DNA of 64,000 nucleotides from Vicinamibacteria bacterium (GTDB lineage Bacteria; Acidobacteriota; Vicinamibacteria; Fen-336): NCBI GenBank assembly GCA_036556965.1, contig DATBIO010000272.1, positions 2,355 to 66,354 of the forward strand, read 5' to 3'. Shown piece by piece: positions 61,397 to 64,000 of this stretch (position 1 is its first letter; each line of letters starts with the position of its first letter). The notes under the pieces were generated by a model. It saw only the letters and a program-made list of their open reading frames with translations, ran no database searches and was not told where the DNA came from. The position numbers and the translations under genes were made by a program.

Positions 61397-64000
61397 TCAG
61401 GGGGCCGCCTTCACCGTCGGCGGCGCCGCCGGAGGCGTGGCGGGCAGGTCGTTCCAGTTGAGGACCGCGTTCCACACCAGCCGGAAGTCGGACAGCGTGA
61501 GGTAGCGGTGGATGGGGTCGAAGTCGTAGGCCACCACGCGGCCGCGACCCACGGGGACGTCCAGGATGGCCGGCTTGCCCTCGAGCTCGGAGGCCCCCTT
61601 GACGCCGCCGCTCACCACCAGGGCGGCCGGCTTGTCGCCCCCGGGCTTCTCCGCGGCCTCCTCCTCGTCGCCCTTGGGGAGCTCGGCGCCCCACTGCAGG
61701 ACGATCCGCCCCTCGTCGGCGCGCCGCACCGCGTAGGCCGTGCGGTCCTCGCGGAAGGCGGAGGTCTGCTCGCCGTACCCGTACGCGAGGGGATGGTCCG
61801 GGCGCCGGAAGCGGGCGCGGAGCTCGCTCCCCGGGGTGGAGAGCTCCTTGGTGCGGGCGTGGCGCACGTCGCGGGCGATGCCTCCGTCCAGGGCGAGCTT
61901 GGAGGCGCCCCCCAGGGTCACCAGCACGCCGCCCTCGCGCACGAAGCGCTCCAGGTTGCCCACCCCCGCCCAGGTGAGGCCGCCCGTGATGTCGGCGGAG
62001 GACGTGGGGGTGCCGTGGCTGGGGAACTCCGGCGTCTTCGTGTAGGCCAGGGGGCCGTGGCGCGGGTCCACGCCCCCCACGATGTCCTTGAGGGAGTCGT
62101 CGGTGCTGGGCATCAGGATGACGTCGAAGCGCTCGCGCAGGCCGCCGCGCCGGACGTCCTCGTCCATGATCAGCGTGTACGCGATCTGCTGGTCGTCGAA
62201 GATCATGCGCACCCAGCCCGCGGCCTGCGTGTCCCACCAGGTCTGCAGCACGGCCAGCCGCGGCAGGTCGAGGGGATGGCGGGGCACCGAGGGCGCGGAG
62301 GCGGCGGAGGCGACGTCCAGGGCCAGGTCGCGCGCCACCTCGGACAAGGCCGCGCGCAGGCCCTCCTGGTCGGCCATCACCCAGGAGCCGGCGGGATAGC
62401 TGGCGCCGGCCAGGGTGAACGGCTTCTCCGCCACCTGGACCTCGAAGCGGGCCAGCCGCGCGCGGGCGGCCAGCAGGGCCTCCTGGCCGGAGTCCCTTAT
62501 TAAGAAGATAGGCCCGGACCCCGTCACCGATCCGCGGTAGGCCACGTCCTCGGCCACGGGGGCCAGCGCGGCCTTGCGCACGGCGGCGTCCGCCACCGCC
62601 TTCACCTCCACGCCGTAGGAGAAGGGCAAGGCCCAGGCCACGTCGTCGTAGGGCTCGTAGGGCGCCTTGTCCGCCGGCCACTTCTGCGGGGAGAGAAGGT
62701 CCAGCGCGTAGCCGCGATACGGCTGGTCCAGGCGCACCACGAAGGTGCCCGCCGGGAACTCGCCTTCCTTGATCTTCAGCGCCTGGCTGGCCCGGTGCAC
62801 CTCGATGCCGTGCGCGCGCAGCAGGTTGACCAGGGCGGCCAGGCGTCTCCGGTCGTCCTGCGTCTCCGGGATGACGAAGGCGTAGGGCGCCTCGGAGGCG
62901 CCGCGGCGCACCGCGTTGGCCCCGCGCCGCCAGAAGTTCCGCAGCATGTCCTGCCCGTGCAGGCTGGCGTACTGCAGGGCGGCGAGCACTCCCGTCTGCA
63001 TGTAGTTCGTGTTGTTGCGCAGGGACCAGCGGAACGACTTGGGCGGGGGGGACGTTCGGTACCAGTCGGGCTCCGTGACCGGCTTGCCGGTGTAGCGCTC
63101 CGACTCGGGGTCCAGGCGCCGCTGCACCGTCTCCGCGGTGTGGTTGCCGAAGGTCTCGTAGCCGCGGCCGATGGCGTTGTGGTTGATGGCCACGGAGTCG
63201 GCGTAGAAGTGCGCCCAGCCCTCGCCGAACCCCCAGGTCCAGACGCCCGGCATGCCGAACGCCGTCAGGGTGGCCACCTCGTGGAAGGCGATGGGGTGCC
63301 ACTCGGTGGTGGTGGAGGGATCGAGGTTGGGGTTGTAGGGCCCCGTTCCCGTCCACACGGAGAGCAGCGGTATGGACTCGTGCAGGTCGTGGACCACGAT
63401 CGGGTGCCACTTGAGGAAGGTGTCCTGGGTGGCGCGGGTGAGGGCGAGCTTGCGCTGGATGCCGTCGCGGTTGTTGTCGTGGTAGACGTACTTGCCCCAG
63501 TAGGGGGGCGAGCGCGGCGGGAGGTCGTCGAAGTCGGTGCGCCCCTTCAGGTGGCGGTAGAACCACTCCACCATGCGGTCACGGCCGTCCGGCTCCGCCA
63601 CGGGGTTGATCATCACGATCAGGCTGTCGCGGATCTGCTTGGCGGGCGGCGCGTCCGAGACGGCCAGGCGGTAGGCCAGCTCCATCAGCATCTCCGGGCT
63701 GCCCGTCTCCTGCGAGTGGAGCCCGCCGTGGAGGAAGTAGAGCGGCTTCACGCGCCCCACGACCCGCTCCATGGCCGCCTCGTCCGTCCGCCGCGGGTCG
63801 CTGAGGGCCGCCATGTCCTGCCGGTGCGTCTCGAGCTGGCGCAGGCTCGCCTCGTCGCCCACGAAGGCGAGCAGGATGTCGCGTCCCTCCTCCGTGCGCC
63901 CGATGACCTCCACCATGACCCGCTCGGAGGCGGCGTCCAGCGCGCGGAAGTACCCGTAGACCTTCTTCGTGTCGGAGAGCTCGCCGGGCGCGCCCGCGAT
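61397..64000 (-). CDS. M14-family zinc carboxypeptidase, large bacterial type (5' end beyond the window)
   Basis: HxxE zinc motif LHGGLHSQETG. Downstream His and catalytic-Glu region of the M14 fold. Reading frame stays open upstream of the first ATG (63916) to the window edge. Confidence 0.8.
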   Translation of the reverse strand: MAGAPGELSDTKKVYGYFRALDAASERVMVEVIGRTEEGRDILLAFVGDEASLRQLETHRQDMAALSDPRRTDEAAMERVVGRVKPLYFLHGGLHSQETGSPEMLMELAYRLAVSDAPPAKQIRDSLIVMINPVAEPDGRDRMVEWFYRHLKGRTDFDDLPPRSPPYWGKYVYHDNNRDGIQRKLALTRATQDTFLKWHPIVVHDLHESIPLLSVWTGTGPYNPNLDPSTTTEWHPIAFHEVATLTAFGMPGVWTWGFGEGWAHFYADSVAINHNAIGRGYETFGNHTAETVQRRLDPESERYTGKPVTEPDWYRTSPPPKSFRWSLRNNTNYMQTGVLAALQYASLHGQDMLRNFWRRGANAVRRGASEAPYAFVIPETQDDRRRLAALVNLLRAHGIEVHRASQALKIKEGEFPAGTFVVRLDQPYRGYALDLLSPQKWPADKAPYEPYDDVAWALPFSYGVEVKAVADAAVRKAALAPVAEDVAYRGSVTGSGPIFLIRDSGQEALLAARARLARFEVQVAEKPFTLAGASYPAGSWVMADQEGLRAALSEVARDLALDVASAASAPSVPRHPLDLPRLAVLQTWWDTQAAGWVRMIFDDQQIAYTLIMDEDVRRGGLRERFDVILMPSTDDSLKDIVGGVDPRHGPLAYTKTPEFPSHGTPTSSADITGGLTWAGVGNLERFVREGGVLVTLGGASKLALDGGIARDVRHARTKELSTPGSELRARFRRPDHPLAYGYGEQTSAFREDRTAYAVRRADEGRIVLQWGAELPKGDEEEAAEKPGGDKPAALVVSGGVKGASELEGKPAILDVPVGRGRVVAYDFDPIHRYLTLSDFRLVWNAVLNWNDLPATPPAAPPTVKAAP

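Noticed and set aside
1-64000. Search for tRNA/rRNA genes, transposases, integrases, phage genes
   Set aside because: No intergenic region is long enough or has T-loop-like GGTTCGAATCC motifs. No IS-like inverted repeats or transposase/integrase-like ORFs are seen. The window appears to be stable core chromosome.

Overview
This is a 64-kb, very GC-rich (about 72%) bacterial chromosomal segment. It is densely coding on both strands, with about 47 protein-coding genes. I found no rRNA, tRNA, CRISPR array, transposase or integrase. The gene content (secreted peptidases and hydrolases, a DUF6265-like protein, a TonB/carboxypeptidase-regulatory-like outer membrane protein), the GC content and the promoter arrangement suggest a Gemmatimonadota-like or similar high-GC soil bacterium. 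That taxonomic guess is an inference only.

Recognisable genes include:
- Transport and ion homeostasis: chrB with an MFS transporter, an APC permease, a CPA2 antiporter and a 2TM/RCK cation channel.
- Housekeeping genes: panE, HU, ftsB, cutA, rnc, and a cystathionine beta-synthase-like / gamma-lyase pair.
- Cell-envelope defence: a bacterial alpha-2-macroglobulin with its partner pbpC.
- c-di-GMP signalling: a large PAS-GGDEF-EAL protein and two stand-alone PilZ proteins.
- Secreted or periplasmic hydrolases: a zinc metalloprotease, HtrA, M23, S9, a beta-lactamase-fold serine hydrolase, M14, a D-aminoacylase and an SGNH hydrolase.

Features I consider most worth follow-up:
1. A four-gene, start/stop-overlapping operon. 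It encodes a tri-domain ACP / fatty-acyl-AMP ligase / PlsC-type acyltransferase protein, then a threonine/serine dehydratase, an MtfA (M90) peptidase and an RluA-family pseudouridine synthase. It is driven by a leaderless TACAGT-N6-GTG start.
2. A secreted, Cys- and Trp-rich 586-aa protein with no recognisable family, next to a secreted zinc metalloprotease.
3. A secreted S1/P1-nuclease fused to an alkaline-phosphatase-superfamily phosphodiesterase.
4. A DUF6788-like zinc-ribbon protein divergent from an EVE-CutA pair, with nested TACAG/CTGTA palindromes between them, followed by FtsB, HU and a macro-domain gene that has no canonical start codon in frame.
5. Pervasive leaderless starts (TAnnnT 5-11 nt before the start codon) and many 4-bp GTGA/ATGA gene overlaps.
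6. A strikingly AT-rich, multi-palindrome operator in front of chrB.

The six-frame track is heavily polluted by long spurious antisense ORFs typical of GC-rich DNA. I rejected these.
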